From: a virus
IMG/VR virus record: IMGVR_UViG_3300045988_178905
Direction: 5' to 3' (one strand)
DNA length: 48,583 nucleotides
The notes under the pieces were generated by a model. It did not search any database and had not been told where the DNA came from. It was given only the letters and a program-made list of their open reading frames with translations. A program made the translations under genes and the position numbers. This document shows positions 1-7,289 of this stretch, one piece after another (positions within the stretch are counted from its first letter, which is position 1; every line of letters begins with the position of its first letter).

Positions 1-99
1 ATTTTTTTTATTAAGTTGTCAATGTACCGTGTTTCTTCTATATAAATGTGTTTTGGAAATAAGCAATTAGCAGACCGCTAACGCTTGACTAAAAGAATG
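1..99. repeat. Terminal direct repeat, copy 1 (identical to 48485..48583)
   Basis: Read directly: nt 1-99 (ATTTTTTTTATTAAGTTGTCAATG...GACTAAAAGAATG) recur exactly as the last 99 nt. This implies a circular or terminally redundant molecule of ~48,484 unique bp. Confidence 0.95.
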
Positions 100-221
100 T
101 TCCATGATAATATTTTAGATACCAATATATGTGTTAAGTTTACCAGGCTTACACAATTACCATGAGCCTTTAGCATTGGATGTTACCAGCATCCAGATTG
201 TTGCTATTGGCTTTTTCTTTT
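16..221 (+). ncRNA. Candidate small non-coding RNA bounded by promoters and an intrinsic terminator
   Basis: Two sigma-A-like promoters: TTGTCA(16-21)-17nt-TATATA(39-44), and TTGACT(85-90)-17nt-TAATAT(108-113). A compound hairpin follows: GCC-tt-TAGCA-t-TGGATG-[ttaccag]-CATCCA-gattgt-TGCTA-tt-GGC (166-211), then TTTTTCTTTTT. No ORF with an RBS lies inside. Confidence 0.3.
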
Positions 222-316
222 TATGTACCAATCACTTTTATAATTGCATTTGAAATACTTTGTAATGTGTCTCGAAAACCTTTGTATCTCTCTTGCATGG
301 TCTTACTATAACACTG

Positions 317-429
317 TATGTACATATTGTCAATCATTTTTACATAAATATGTACATATTTCATTTTTATATGTGTTTATAGGCTTATTCTTTACATATC
401 TACTATTCCGCATTATAATATGTACATAT
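317..429. promoter_or_regulatory. Three identical palindromic boxes TATGTACATAT (317-327, 349-359, 419-429)
   Basis: Exact 11-mer seen three times upstream of the 450..1532 HTH gene. The third box overlaps the -10/TSS of its promoter, so these are likely operators. Confidence 0.6.
391..419 (+). promoter_or_regulatory. Sigma-A-like promoter of the 450..1532 gene
   Basis: TTTACA (391-396), 17-nt spacer, TATAAT (414-419). Confidence 0.55.
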
Positions 430-449
430 CACTCAAGGAGGTAATTCTA

Positions 450-1532
450 ATGTTTCCTGAAAAAATAAAAATAACAGATGAACTTATACAGTTAATTATA
501 GATACAAGAAAAGAACATAATTTGACAGCATACCAATTATCAGAGAAAATCGGCAAAAACAAATCATGGCTGCCAAACATAGAAAATAGACGGACAAAAA
601 ATATTTCACGAGACGATCTTATATTGCTATTTAAGGATTTTGCAAAAGATAAAAATATGGATGCAGAGGAATTTGTTATCAAATATTTATCTCCAACCGC
701 AACAGTAGAATTAAATGATAATGTTTCAGTACCTAATCATTACCTACAAAATTCTATGGGTATTTATTCCCCAGATCATGATATGTTGCATATATCTGAT
801 GAAGAACGTATCAAAAGAATGGAATACTACATACAAGATAAACCATATGAAGTTGATTTAATGCGTCTAAAAAAGAATTTAAAGGATTTATCAGATACGA
901 TCATTGATGAATTTAGTTACTGTGAAACACCAGACGATAGAAGAAATATGATCAATTTGGTTAAAACAATGCGAGTAAACTTTCAAGGAGAATTTGCATA
1001 TACTCAAAAATTATACCAGTTCCCTTTATTCCACGGTGACGCCGAAACATGTTTTGGAAAAACTGTTGGAGAAGATTATTTACAGAAAACCAATAGTAAT
1101 ATTGAAAGTTTTTCTGCAAAACAAAAATTGCTATATTCGTATGCAGACATATGTAGCGACATAAACTTTGAAGAAGGCAGCTATAATCTATTTGTTGATT
1201 TAATGTTCATAAATGAGAAAACCGACATTGAAAAGTTAGATGATATTCTTTTCGGATTTGAAAGTTTCATATATGAATTACATGAATATCTTTTAGCTGC
1301 CAAAAATGAAGCACTAATAAATCATCATCCATGCAAAATTAACTTCATAAGGTTATTTGAGCACATTATTAAATCATTAAATGATTTTATTAGTAATGTA
1401 AAATTAGATTACCATTTTGAATATACAATTCCGACACAGGATACCGATGTAGATGAATTGATTAAAAAATGTTTGGAATTAAATACTATTACTTATGGAA
1501 TAAAACAAGCTATACGAAACAAAAAACAGTAA
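450..1532 (+). CDS. XRE-family HTH regulator with a long unknown C-terminal domain (360 aa)
   Basis: ORF 420..1532 trimmed to Met11 (MFPEKIK), which has AAGGAGG upstream. The N-terminus LTAYQLSEKIGKNKSWLPNIENRRTKNISRDDLILL is a Cro/XRE-type helix-turn-helix. Confidence 0.8.
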   Translation: MFPEKIKITDELIQLIIDTRKEHNLTAYQLSEKIGKNKSWLPNIENRRTKNISRDDLILLFKDFAKDKNMDAEEFVIKYLSPTATVELNDNVSVPNHYLQNSMGIYSPDHDMLHISDEERIKRMEYYIQDKPYEVDLMRLKKNLKDLSDTIIDEFSYCETPDDRRNMINLVKTMRVNFQGEFAYTQKLYQFPLFHGDAETCFGKTVGEDYLQKTNSNIESFSAKQKLLYSYADICSDINFEEGSYNLFVDLMFINEKTDIEKLDDILFGFESFIYELHEYLLAAKNEALINHHPCKINFIRLFEHIIKSLNDFISNVKLDYHFEYTIPTQDTDVDELIKKCLELNTITYGIKQAIRNKKQ

Positions 1533-1574
1533 AATTCCACATGAAATTGTTCTTTCATTTTAGGCATTAAAAAG

Positions 1575-1620
1575 TACAATATATAGTGTTTTATCAGTTC
1601 TATATACACTATATATTGTA
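1575..1620. repeat. Perfect 15-bp inverted repeat TACAATATATAGTGT / ACACTATATATTGTA
   Basis: Arms at 1575-1589 and 1606-1620. Each arm is a degenerate copy of the TACACT-N4-AGTGTA operator (TACAAT-ATAT-AGTGT and TACACT-ATAT-ATTGTA). Confidence 0.8.
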
Positions 1621-1629
1621 TATTTATTG

Positions 1630-1678
1630 ATAAGCATATCAAAAACAGGTAGAATCTGCGGAGATGTGCTTATTTTTG
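1630..1678 (+). terminator. Intrinsic terminator after the 450..1532 gene
   Basis: Stem ATAAGCATATC / GATGTGCTTAT (one U-G pair valid only on the plus strand) followed by TTTTT. Confidence 0.6.
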
Positions 1679-1684
1679 TGCATT

Positions 1685-1711
1685 AGAAAAAGCCATAGCG
1701 TGAACTATGAC
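1685..1711 (-). terminator. Putative terminator after the 1813..2385 gene
   Basis: On the minus strand GTCATAG-ttcacg-CTATGGC followed by TTTTTCT. Confidence 0.45.
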
Positions 1712-1812
1712 CTTTTCCGTTTCAATCAATCAACCATATTTAGAAAGTTTTCCTAAATACCAATATATTATACTATCAATCTAGCTCGTTTTCCATATGT
1801 AAATTTCAGAAG

Positions 1813-2385
1813 TTATACCGCAACTTTGATATATGTATCATCTGCAACTTTCTCACAGACATAATCATCATCTTTTCCGAAAAACAATTCATTGCAGCAC
1901 TCTGGGTAATCTTTGTCCAAAACTCGGATAGTTCCATCTGCATCCTGTATAATCCATCTATCAGGTGTCTCGTGATTATATTTCAAAATAAAGAAATCAT
2001 ACATTTCTGTCTCATTAGAAAGTAACGCATACTTGCCTTGAAAACAATCTATATATCCTACTTTCCTCTCTGGATCTGTTTCTTTTCTATGTAATACTGG
2101 CATTGGTGCTTCATATACTACTGCAATTTCTGTAGGTACACCATTCTTGTTAATATACTGCTTATGATCTGCATTGATATAATCCCATGCTTCCTGTTCT
2201 GTATCAAAGAACTTCATGCCCTCATGTAGATTATTTTCTAAATTGCCTTTTGGTTCATTTTGCATATATACAACCCATCCCGTTTCCATTCCTGGCTGAT
2301 ACTTTGTTGCTCTTACCGGCTTGGTCTGATATACTTTTGCATTCTCCTTAAAAATATCATTCAATATAAAATTATTTGTGTCCAT
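1813..2385 (-). CDS. Hypothetical protein (190 aa)
   Basis: Long ORF in operon context; no motif recognised. Confidence 0.7.
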   Translation of the reverse strand: MDTNNFILNDIFKENAKVYQTKPVRATKYQPGMETGWVVYMQNEPKGNLENNLHEGMKFFDTEQEAWDYINADHKQYINKNGVPTEIAVVYEAPMPVLHRKETDPERKVGYIDCFQGKYALLSNETEMYDFFILKYNHETPDRWIIQDADGTIRVLDKDYPECCNELFFGKDDDYVCEKVADDTYIKVAV

Positions 2386-2388
2386 AAT

Positions 2389-2559
2389 TTAATGTTCCTT
2401 TCTTCTAAAAATGTAGCCTTGTGCAGCAGTGTAAAAAGCATCCTTTATTTTTTCCAACTGCTCCGATGTGAATTTATCTTTTAAACTCTCTTTGTAGTCA
2501 TTCCACGCTTCATCCTTTACTTTGTTGCTTTCAATAATATCTTTCATTGTTATAGCCAT
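2389..2559 (-). CDS. Small hypothetical protein (56 aa, MAITMKDIIESNKVKDEAWNDYK...)
   Basis: Not in the ORF track (<60 aa). ATG has GAAGGTGA upstream. It fills the gap and abuts the next gene start. Confidence 0.5.
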   Translation of the reverse strand: MAITMKDIIESNKVKDEAWNDYKESLKDKFTSEQLEKIKDAFYTAAQGYIFRRKEH

Positions 2560-2696
2560 TGCTTCACCTTCTTTACAATCATTTCCTTTGTTGGGAAGAT
2601 TCCTCCATATACCACTTCTGGTCTAGGAGTTTTGGGAAATTTCTTTCCATCGCTTGTTACATTATTTTTGTCAGTTAAAATTATTTCATCATTCAT
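2550..2696 (-). CDS. Small hypothetical protein (48 aa, MNDEIILTDKNNVTSDGKKF...)
   Basis: ATG at 2696 with GAGGT upstream. Its stop overlaps the next ATG (ATGGCTATAA). Confidence 0.45.
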   Translation of the reverse strand: MNDEIILTDKNNVTSDGKKFPKTPRPEVVYGGIFPTKEMIVKKVKQWL

Positions 2697-2710
2697 TTGT
2701 TATTACCTCT

Positions 2711-2947
2711 TCACTTATATAATGCACATTTTAGATTACGTTTTCCCATGTGTTGAGAAATTTTTTTAATTTTTTCTTCAATGATACTTTTACCTATTAT
2801 GAAAAACCAATATATTGCTAATGGTATGAGAATCAAAAGGATTTTCATTGTTACATTTTCCACAATCAGAGATGCGACCAAACCGCACGCCCATACAACC
2901 ATGCTTATATAGAATCCATATGTAAAAAATTTCAATTTTCTCTTCAT
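2711..2947 (-). CDS. Small membrane protein (78 aa, two hydrophobic spans)
   Basis: FYISMVVWACGLVASLIV and ILLILIPLAIYWFFII segments. Confidence 0.65.
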   Translation of the reverse strand: MKRKLKFFTYGFYISMVVWACGLVASLIVENVTMKILLILIPLAIYWFFIIGKSIIEEKIKKISQHMGKRNLKCALYK

Positions 2948-2948
2948 T

Positions 2949-3158
2949 CTAATACCTCTCGTTCTTCCTGATTTTCTCTAACTTTTCCTTTTTCTGATTT
3001 TTATATCTTACCCTTGCCCTTGGTTTATATTTGTTACAATGCTGGCAGTAATGAGCGTGATCCGCTTTTCTACCCTTGGTGCAAAGTCCTGCACACACAT
3101 AATATAAACATGGTGTCTGTCTATCTGTTGCCATTAGTTGTGACCTCCTTATCTTCAA
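2949..3158 (-). CDS. Small basic Cys/His-rich protein (69 aa)
   Basis: CLYYVCAGLCTKGRKADHAHYCQHCNKYKP followed by a lysine/arginine-rich tail. Probable zinc-binding nucleic-acid binder. Confidence 0.6.
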   Translation of the reverse strand: MKIRRSQLMATDRQTPCLYYVCAGLCTKGRKADHAHYCQHCNKYKPRARVRYKNQKKEKLEKIRKNERY

Positions 3159-3166
3159 TTTTAAAA

Positions 3167-3571
3167 CTAATCGGCTATTCTATTAGGCATATTCTCCCAT
3201 AAATAGTATTCTACTAACTTTACAGCTTCTCCACATTCCATCATTTTATCTGTAGCAGTTTCCCAATACCCCCGTTCATTCCAATAATTAGGTTTTTTAT
3301 AAATATTATTATCAACCATATAGCTATATAATTTCTGGTGTAAATCATATAATATTGGATCAACACAAACTTCTGCATCATAAGACAACAATTCCCTCAT
3401 TGTCCTATGTAAAATACTTTCCCCCTTTGCAACTTCCTTATTCCAGGAATCAGCTAACTTTTTTATACCTTCTTCAAGGTTTTCATATATCTCGCCATTA
3501 TCACTTTTGTCAAAGAATGAGGTTTCATGTACAAACATTTTTTTTACAGAAAGACCACATTTTTTACACAT
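3167..3571 (-). CDS. Hypothetical protein (134 aa)
   Basis: ORF in operon; no motif recognised. Confidence 0.65.
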   Translation of the reverse strand: MCKKCGLSVKKMFVHETSFFDKSDNGEIYENLEEGIKKLADSWNKEVAKGESILHRTMRELLSYDAEVCVDPILYDLHQKLYSYMVDNNIYKKPNYWNERGYWETATDKMMECGEAVKLVEYYLWENMPNRIAD

Positions 3572-4023
3572 TGCCTTCCTGTTAAAGAGTTAATAAAACT
3601 CGAAAAGATTATCTTTGGTTTATATCCACAAGAACATGTATCAAATTTGCAGATACTATTTGCAGATACTGTAAAATCCAATGGAAGTTGTATAAACTTG
3701 TCATCTTCAAAATATTTCTTATTATCCATTGCAATCAGTATTATATTTGCGATGACAAAATAATCATAAAAAGGAGTATTTTTTGATATTGACCTGCCAT
3801 TAGGATTTAAATAATTTTTTACCAGCATATGTATTGCATCTATATTTTCATTGCCTTTAATATAGTCAACATTTGCTGTAATCAATAAAAGTGCTGTATC
3901 ACATGGTAACTCTATTTTATTTTCCTCCCTTTTTAGTTGATCTACCATATTACAAAAATTGTGAAAACATTTGTCTGAATATAATTTTGTAAATAATTCC
4001 TTATAATCCATCTTCAATACCAC
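3544..4023 (-). CDS. Hypothetical protein (159 aa)
   Basis: ORF in operon; short overlap with the next gene. Confidence 0.65.
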   Translation of the reverse strand: MVLKMDYKELFTKLYSDKCFHNFCNMVDQLKREENKIELPCDTALLLITANVDYIKGNENIDAIHMLVKNYLNPNGRSISKNTPFYDYFVIANIILIAMDNKKYFEDDKFIQLPLDFTVSANSICKFDTCSCGYKPKIIFSSFINSLTGRQCVKNVVFL

Positions 4024-4030
4024 CCTTTCA

Positions 4031-4234
4031 TCACAAATATACTTTCGTATATACTCTCATAATCTTTCGTTGTCCTTCTGCGTAGATTTTACAGTTCTGA
4101 ATTATTTCTTGAACATCATTCCTCTGCAAAAGACCAAAATCATCCGCTAGTGTTTCTAAATCCTTCTTCCCCCATTTATTCATAAACTTCTTAACAGATA
4201 CTTTTGAACTACATTGCGCTACCCTTTTCCGCAT
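4031..4234 (-). CDS. Hypothetical protein (67 aa)
   Basis: ATG preceded by AAAGGAG and an unusual CA-rich leader. Confidence 0.6.
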   Translation of the reverse strand: MRKRVAQCSSKVSVKKFMNKWGKKDLETLADDFGLLQRNDVQEIIQNCKIYAEGQRKIMRVYTKVYL

Positions 4235-4398
4235 TGTTGGGTTGCTCCTTTCTTGTGGTGTGTGTTGGTTGGTTTGTTAGTTTGTTGTAATAATACTGGT
4301 TACATTAAAAACTTGCTTTCCATATGCGATAAGCCATTTTGGGGCTTAATTCCTTATTTATGCCCTATATAGTAGGCTTTTTCAATGTCGCAAGTTAA

Positions 4399-4414
4399 TA
4401 CACTTATTAGTGTA
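4399..4414. promoter_or_regulatory. Perfect operator palindrome TACACTTATTAGTGTA
   Basis: Same TACACT-N4-AGTGTA site as the 10748-10910 array. On the minus strand it lies between TTGAAA and a -10-like element upstream of the 4234 operon. Confidence 0.6.
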
Positions 4415-4562
4415 CGCATTTTCAATATTACTCACTACATAGGAATGATTCTCGATATTTGATAATTCCTATTATATCGGTAGGCTATCGCACTTCCTAA
4501 ACAAAGAAGTATAGGAAAATCAAGCATTTCCGCATTTTGCGATATAGGGTACGATAACCAAT

Positions 4563-4844
4563 TTATTCATTCTTTTTCATTTCTGCGTTATACTCTGCTT
4601 CAATATCATCCATAATATCACGCAAGTTTTCCTTTGCTCCCTTCAACCAGTACAGATTGTCGTTTGCAAGAATCGGTTTTCCTAACTGATACTGTCGCTC
4701 AATCTTATCCATCATATACTGAATACCCATCTGAAATCCTGCATTAAAAATCTGCTGTCTATCTTCTGTTTTCTGCTCCTGTGAACCGTTCATCTTATCC
4801 ATTCCCTTTGCTTCCTTTAATAACTCTAATAATGTCTTATCCAT
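4563..4844 (-). CDS. Hypothetical protein (93 aa)
   Basis: ORF with GGAGGT RBS. Confidence 0.65.
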   Translation of the reverse strand: MDKTLLELLKEAKGMDKMNGSQEQKTEDRQQIFNAGFQMGIQYMMDKIERQYQLGKPILANDNLYWLKGAKENLRDIMDDIEAEYNAEMKKNE

Positions 4845-4859
4845 TCTCTTACCTCCGTT

Positions 4860-4952
4860 TTATGTGTAAATTATCAGCAATACCGCAATTATGCTTCCTA
4901 TAACCATTTGCAGTATAGTTTGCTTTGTTATTGGTTTAGGCTCTCTGTTCAT
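4860..4952 (-). CDS. 30-aa single-span membrane peptide (MNREPKPITKQTILQMVIGSIIAVLLIIYT)
   Basis: Not in the ORF track. GGAAGGAG RBS 8 nt upstream. Stop lies 15 nt before the next gene start. Confidence 0.45.
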   Translation of the reverse strand: MNREPKPITKQTILQMVIGSIIAVLLIIYT

Positions 4953-5034
4953 TCAATAACTCCTTCCTTTAGACCCTTACATATATCTAATACACATTTT
5001 GTAACCGATTTCCCCCCACTTGTGCGGAAAAAAT

Positions 5035-5910
5035 TTATAATAATTCGCTTTTCTTTTTGATTTGTTCCAGATTCGGGTTCAAGTATTTTAATGTGGTTTT
5101 TATACTTGTATGTCCTGCTTGATTTGATACCTCATTGATGCTATATGCTCCACTCTCTAATGCGTTATAACAAAAGAAGTGTCTAAGCATATGCGGATGG
5201 ATATGGTAGCCATCAATACTAAATTCATCAAATACTTTATTGATAGTAGACGGATTCAAAATCTTCCCTTTGCTGTTATGGAATAAATAATCTGATTCCA
5301 CATTATCTGATCTCTGGTATTCCCTTATTGCCGAGATAACCTTAGAATTGATAATAACAGTTCTTTGTTTTTCGCCTTTTCCGTCTGCTACTCTAATCTG
5401 ACTCGCAGCAGTGTTTACATCTACCTTTTTCAAATGCAATACTTCTGATATTCTTAATCCTGCATAAGCCATAATGGTGACTATTGCATAATTCCGTTTT
5501 GCGGAACATCCTTCAGATTGCAACACTCTTTGTCTGAACTCTTCAACTTCCTTTTTCGTGATATTGGTAGGACTGATTATTTCCGCTTGTATCTTTATTA
5601 AGTCTGCTTTGCTTATTACAATGTTATCTGGTTGCATCAGCTCATTATATTTAATAAGTGCAGATAACTTTGCATTGATGGACTTTGCATTTAGATTCTG
5701 TCCTGTTCTCTTACAGATTTTCACATTCTTCAAATAGCTTTTATATTCCAGAATATTTTCCCTATACAGCTTCTTAAATTCTACATCCCCGAAGCTGTCA
5801 TTAAACCATCTGAAAAATTCCTTTACCGAAGCAACATATATTTTGATTGTCTTTTCGGATTTTCCCTCTAAGTGCATCTTGTTTTCAAAATCCCTTATCA
5901 GTTCATCCAT
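5035..5910 (-). CDS. Tyrosine recombinase, XerC/XerD-like (291 aa)
   Basis: AGLRISEVLHLK (Arg I), HPHMLRHFF (H-x-x-R), GHTSIKTTLKYL (His..Tyr nucleophile). N-terminal SAM-like core-binding domain. Confidence 0.9.
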   Translation of the reverse strand: MDELIRDFENKMHLEGKSEKTIKIYVASVKEFFRWFNDSFGDVEFKKLYRENILEYKSYLKNVKICKRTGQNLNAKSINAKLSALIKYNELMQPDNIVISKADLIKIQAEIISPTNITKKEVEEFRQRVLQSEGCSAKRNYAIVTIMAYAGLRISEVLHLKKVDVNTAASQIRVADGKGEKQRTVIINSKVISAIREYQRSDNVESDYLFHNSKGKILNPSTINKVFDEFSIDGYHIHPHMLRHFFCYNALESGAYSINEVSNQAGHTSIKTTLKYLNPNLEQIKKKSELL

Positions 5911-5990
5911 AAGCGCACACCTCCTAGAAATTTTATTGAATTATTATTTTGCATATTTTCAGAAATTTTATTGAAATTTCTTTTTGCTTC

Positions 5991-6028
5991 CTACTTACTA
6001 ATGCACATTTTTTCAGTAATATTCCCCT
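5991..6028 (-). promoter_or_regulatory. 38-nt conserved upstream motif, copy A (paralog at 48437..48474)
   Basis: Plus-strand CTACTTACTAATGCAC-N-TTTT..ATTCCCCT is shared with the tubR upstream region (16/16 identical core plus the ATTCCCCT block). Confidence 0.5.
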
Positions 6029-6068
6029 TATATTGAAAAAATAATTGAGGTCATTTTTGCCTTATTCA

Positions 6069-6097
6069 TTGTATATATTCCGTATCTCCGTTATACT
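6069..6097 (+). promoter_or_regulatory. Sigma-A-like promoter for the 6112..6375 gene
   Basis: TTGTAT(6069-6074)-17nt-TATACT(6092-6097). Confidence 0.5.
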
Positions 6098-6111
6098 ATA
6101 TAAGGAAGGAG

Positions 6112-6375
6112 TTGATTTACATTTACATCGAGATTCAGAAGCCGAACCGCTTCAAAGATATGCTACATAAGATTCAGTCTAAACTGGAAGATATGTTATT
6201 TTCCATTCTACAACACACACCAGATAAATTCATTCCAAAATCCCTTATGCGTTGGTTTGAGAAATACACCAACAAACGACTTGCACAACTGAAAAGTGAT
6301 GTGATCCGCAAACGCTGGCAGACAATAGAATTAGAAAAGGCTGTTGATAATATCCACCAGAGGCAGCAGCCATAA
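6112..6375 (+). CDS. Hypothetical protein (87 aa; start codon uncertain)
   Basis: The ORF starts at TTG directly abutting GGAAGGAG, so the true start may be a downstream ATT/ATC or the ATG at 6160. Confidence 0.55.
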   Translation: MIYIYIEIQKPNRFKDMLHKIQSKLEDMLFSILQHTPDKFIPKSLMRWFEKYTNKRLAQLKSDVIRKRWQTIELEKAVDNIHQRQQP

Positions 6376-6379
6376 AAAT

Positions 6380-6427
6380 AAGAGGTCTTTCTTCTATATA
6401 TAATATAGTAGATTTACCTCTTTTTTT
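6380..6427 (+). terminator. Intrinsic terminator
   Basis: AAGAGGT ... ACCTCTT stem with an internal sub-hairpin, followed by a T7 run. Confidence 0.6.
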
Positions 6428-6429
6428 GT

Positions 6430-6458
6430 TTGAACATCTGTTCCCTTTATGCTATACT
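6430..6458 (+). promoter_or_regulatory. Strong promoter of the small-toxin mRNA
   Basis: TTGAAC(6430-6435)-17nt-TGcTATACT(-10 at 6453-6458). Confidence 0.6.
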
Positions 6459-6541
6459 GTTATTGTGTAATTGAAACGAAAGCAGGATGTGATTTTCCGA
6501 TTATTAGATGCCCTCTAGTTTACAAAGGAGGGTGATGCCCT

Positions 6542-6628
6542 ATGAACACGCTTGAAGTTTTAACTTTAGTGCTAGTAATTTTTGCGGCTCTGTCTTACAT
6601 AGACAATCATAACAATAAAAAGAAATAG
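6542..6628 (+). CDS. 28-aa hydrophobic peptide, holin-like-toxin (Hol-Tox) type; putative type I toxin
   Basis: MNTLEVLTLVLVIFAALSYIDNHNNKKK. AAAGGAGGGTGA RBS. An upstream CCCTC can pair with the GAGGG of the SD. The layout matches ~30-aa Firmicutes Hol-Tox peptides (M-x-T-x-E-x-L-x-L hydrophobic core with a basic tail). Confidence 0.6.
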   Translation: MNTLEVLTLVLVIFAALSYIDNHNNKKK

Positions 6629-6716
6629 CATCCCACACCGTCCAAAGTTTAGGATGCTATTCTTATAAACATTTTAACACTGAGGGCAAATCGGAGTCAT
6701 ATCCGATTCACTTTCT
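6615..6716 (-). ncRNA. Putative antisense antitoxin RNA convergent with the toxin 3' end
   Basis: Minus-strand promoter at 6723-6751. Hairpins AATCGGA/TCCGATT and AGCATCC/GGATGCT. The latter is followed on the minus strand by ATTTCTTTTT, which overlaps the toxin stop codon. Confidence 0.45.
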
Positions 6717-6722
6717 AAGTAA

Positions 6723-6751
6723 ATTATACACTAGGGCATTTGAGAAATCAA
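6723..6751 (-). promoter_or_regulatory. Near-consensus minus-strand promoter (TTGATT-17nt-TATAAT)
   Basis: Reverse complement of 6746-6751 is TTGATT and of 6723-6728 is TATAAT, with a TG just upstream of the -10. Confidence 0.55.
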
Positions 6752-6761
6752 GTGCCCCTTT

Positions 6762-7232
6762 TTAATTATCCTGTGATTCTGCTTGCTTCTTTGCGTTCCT
6801 TGCCTTTGTTGCTTCTGACTTCTTCTGTGCAGCCTTTTTCTCTTCTTCTGTCATATTTCGCTTTGATTTTCCTTTTTCATCTTCTGGATAATCAATAATA
6901 TGTTCCTGTTTTTCTAACAGAAATTGAACAAATGGCTTTACATATGATGTAGTAGTTTCAATATCTTCATCTGATATTTCATTGTCTTTCATATATTCTT
7001 TATAGTCATTTATAATAGAATCTATGTCTTTATCTCTCAAAATCAGATTCATTTCCAGAGCATCCGCAATTTCCACTAATTCAAGAGAAGAAAATTTGTC
7101 TCTGCTCATTTTATTGCTCAAATTCTGCCTAGTGACATTTATTTCCTCTGCAAGTTCTATCTGCGATTTTCCCTTTGCTTCTAATATATCCTTAATTACT
7201 GTCGTTGCTGACATATCAATCAAACCTTTCAT
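6762..7232 (-). CDS. XRE-family HTH protein with an acidic/lysine-rich C-terminus (156 aa)
   Basis: KSQIELAEEINVTRQNLSNKMSRDKFSSLELVEIADAL is a classic Cro/CI-type HTH. Confidence 0.8.
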   Translation of the reverse strand: MKGLIDMSATTVIKDILEAKGKSQIELAEEINVTRQNLSNKMSRDKFSSLELVEIADALEMNLILRDKDIDSIINDYKEYMKDNEISDEDIETTTSYVKPFVQFLLEKQEHIIDYPEDEKGKSKRNMTEEEKKAAQKKSEATKARNAKKQAESQDN

Positions 7233-7289
7233 TTTATGTTTACTTCCAATTATACTTGATTTCCCCTATTTTTTCAAGGTCAGCAAAAT

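Noticed and set aside
120-231. Five (T/A)TACCA sites as the tubC centromere
   Set aside because: The motif is only 5-6 bp and the spacing is irregular (21, 17, 26, 42 bp), so chance occurrence is plausible. It is kept only as a hypothesis inside the TubZ finding.
244-682. Track ORFs 244..444 (+) and 413..682 (-)
   Set aside because: They lie over the promoter/operator region and antisense to the HTH gene. Their products are hydrophobic nonsense-like sequences and they have no RBS.
4236-4290. Strikingly CA-rich leader (minus strand ACAACAAACTAACAAACCAACCAACACACACCACAAGAAAGGAG) upstream of the 4234 gene
   Set aside because: It is a single occurrence with no repeat partner or structure. It is likely just an unstructured 5' UTR favouring translation initiation, and there is not enough evidence for a specific element.
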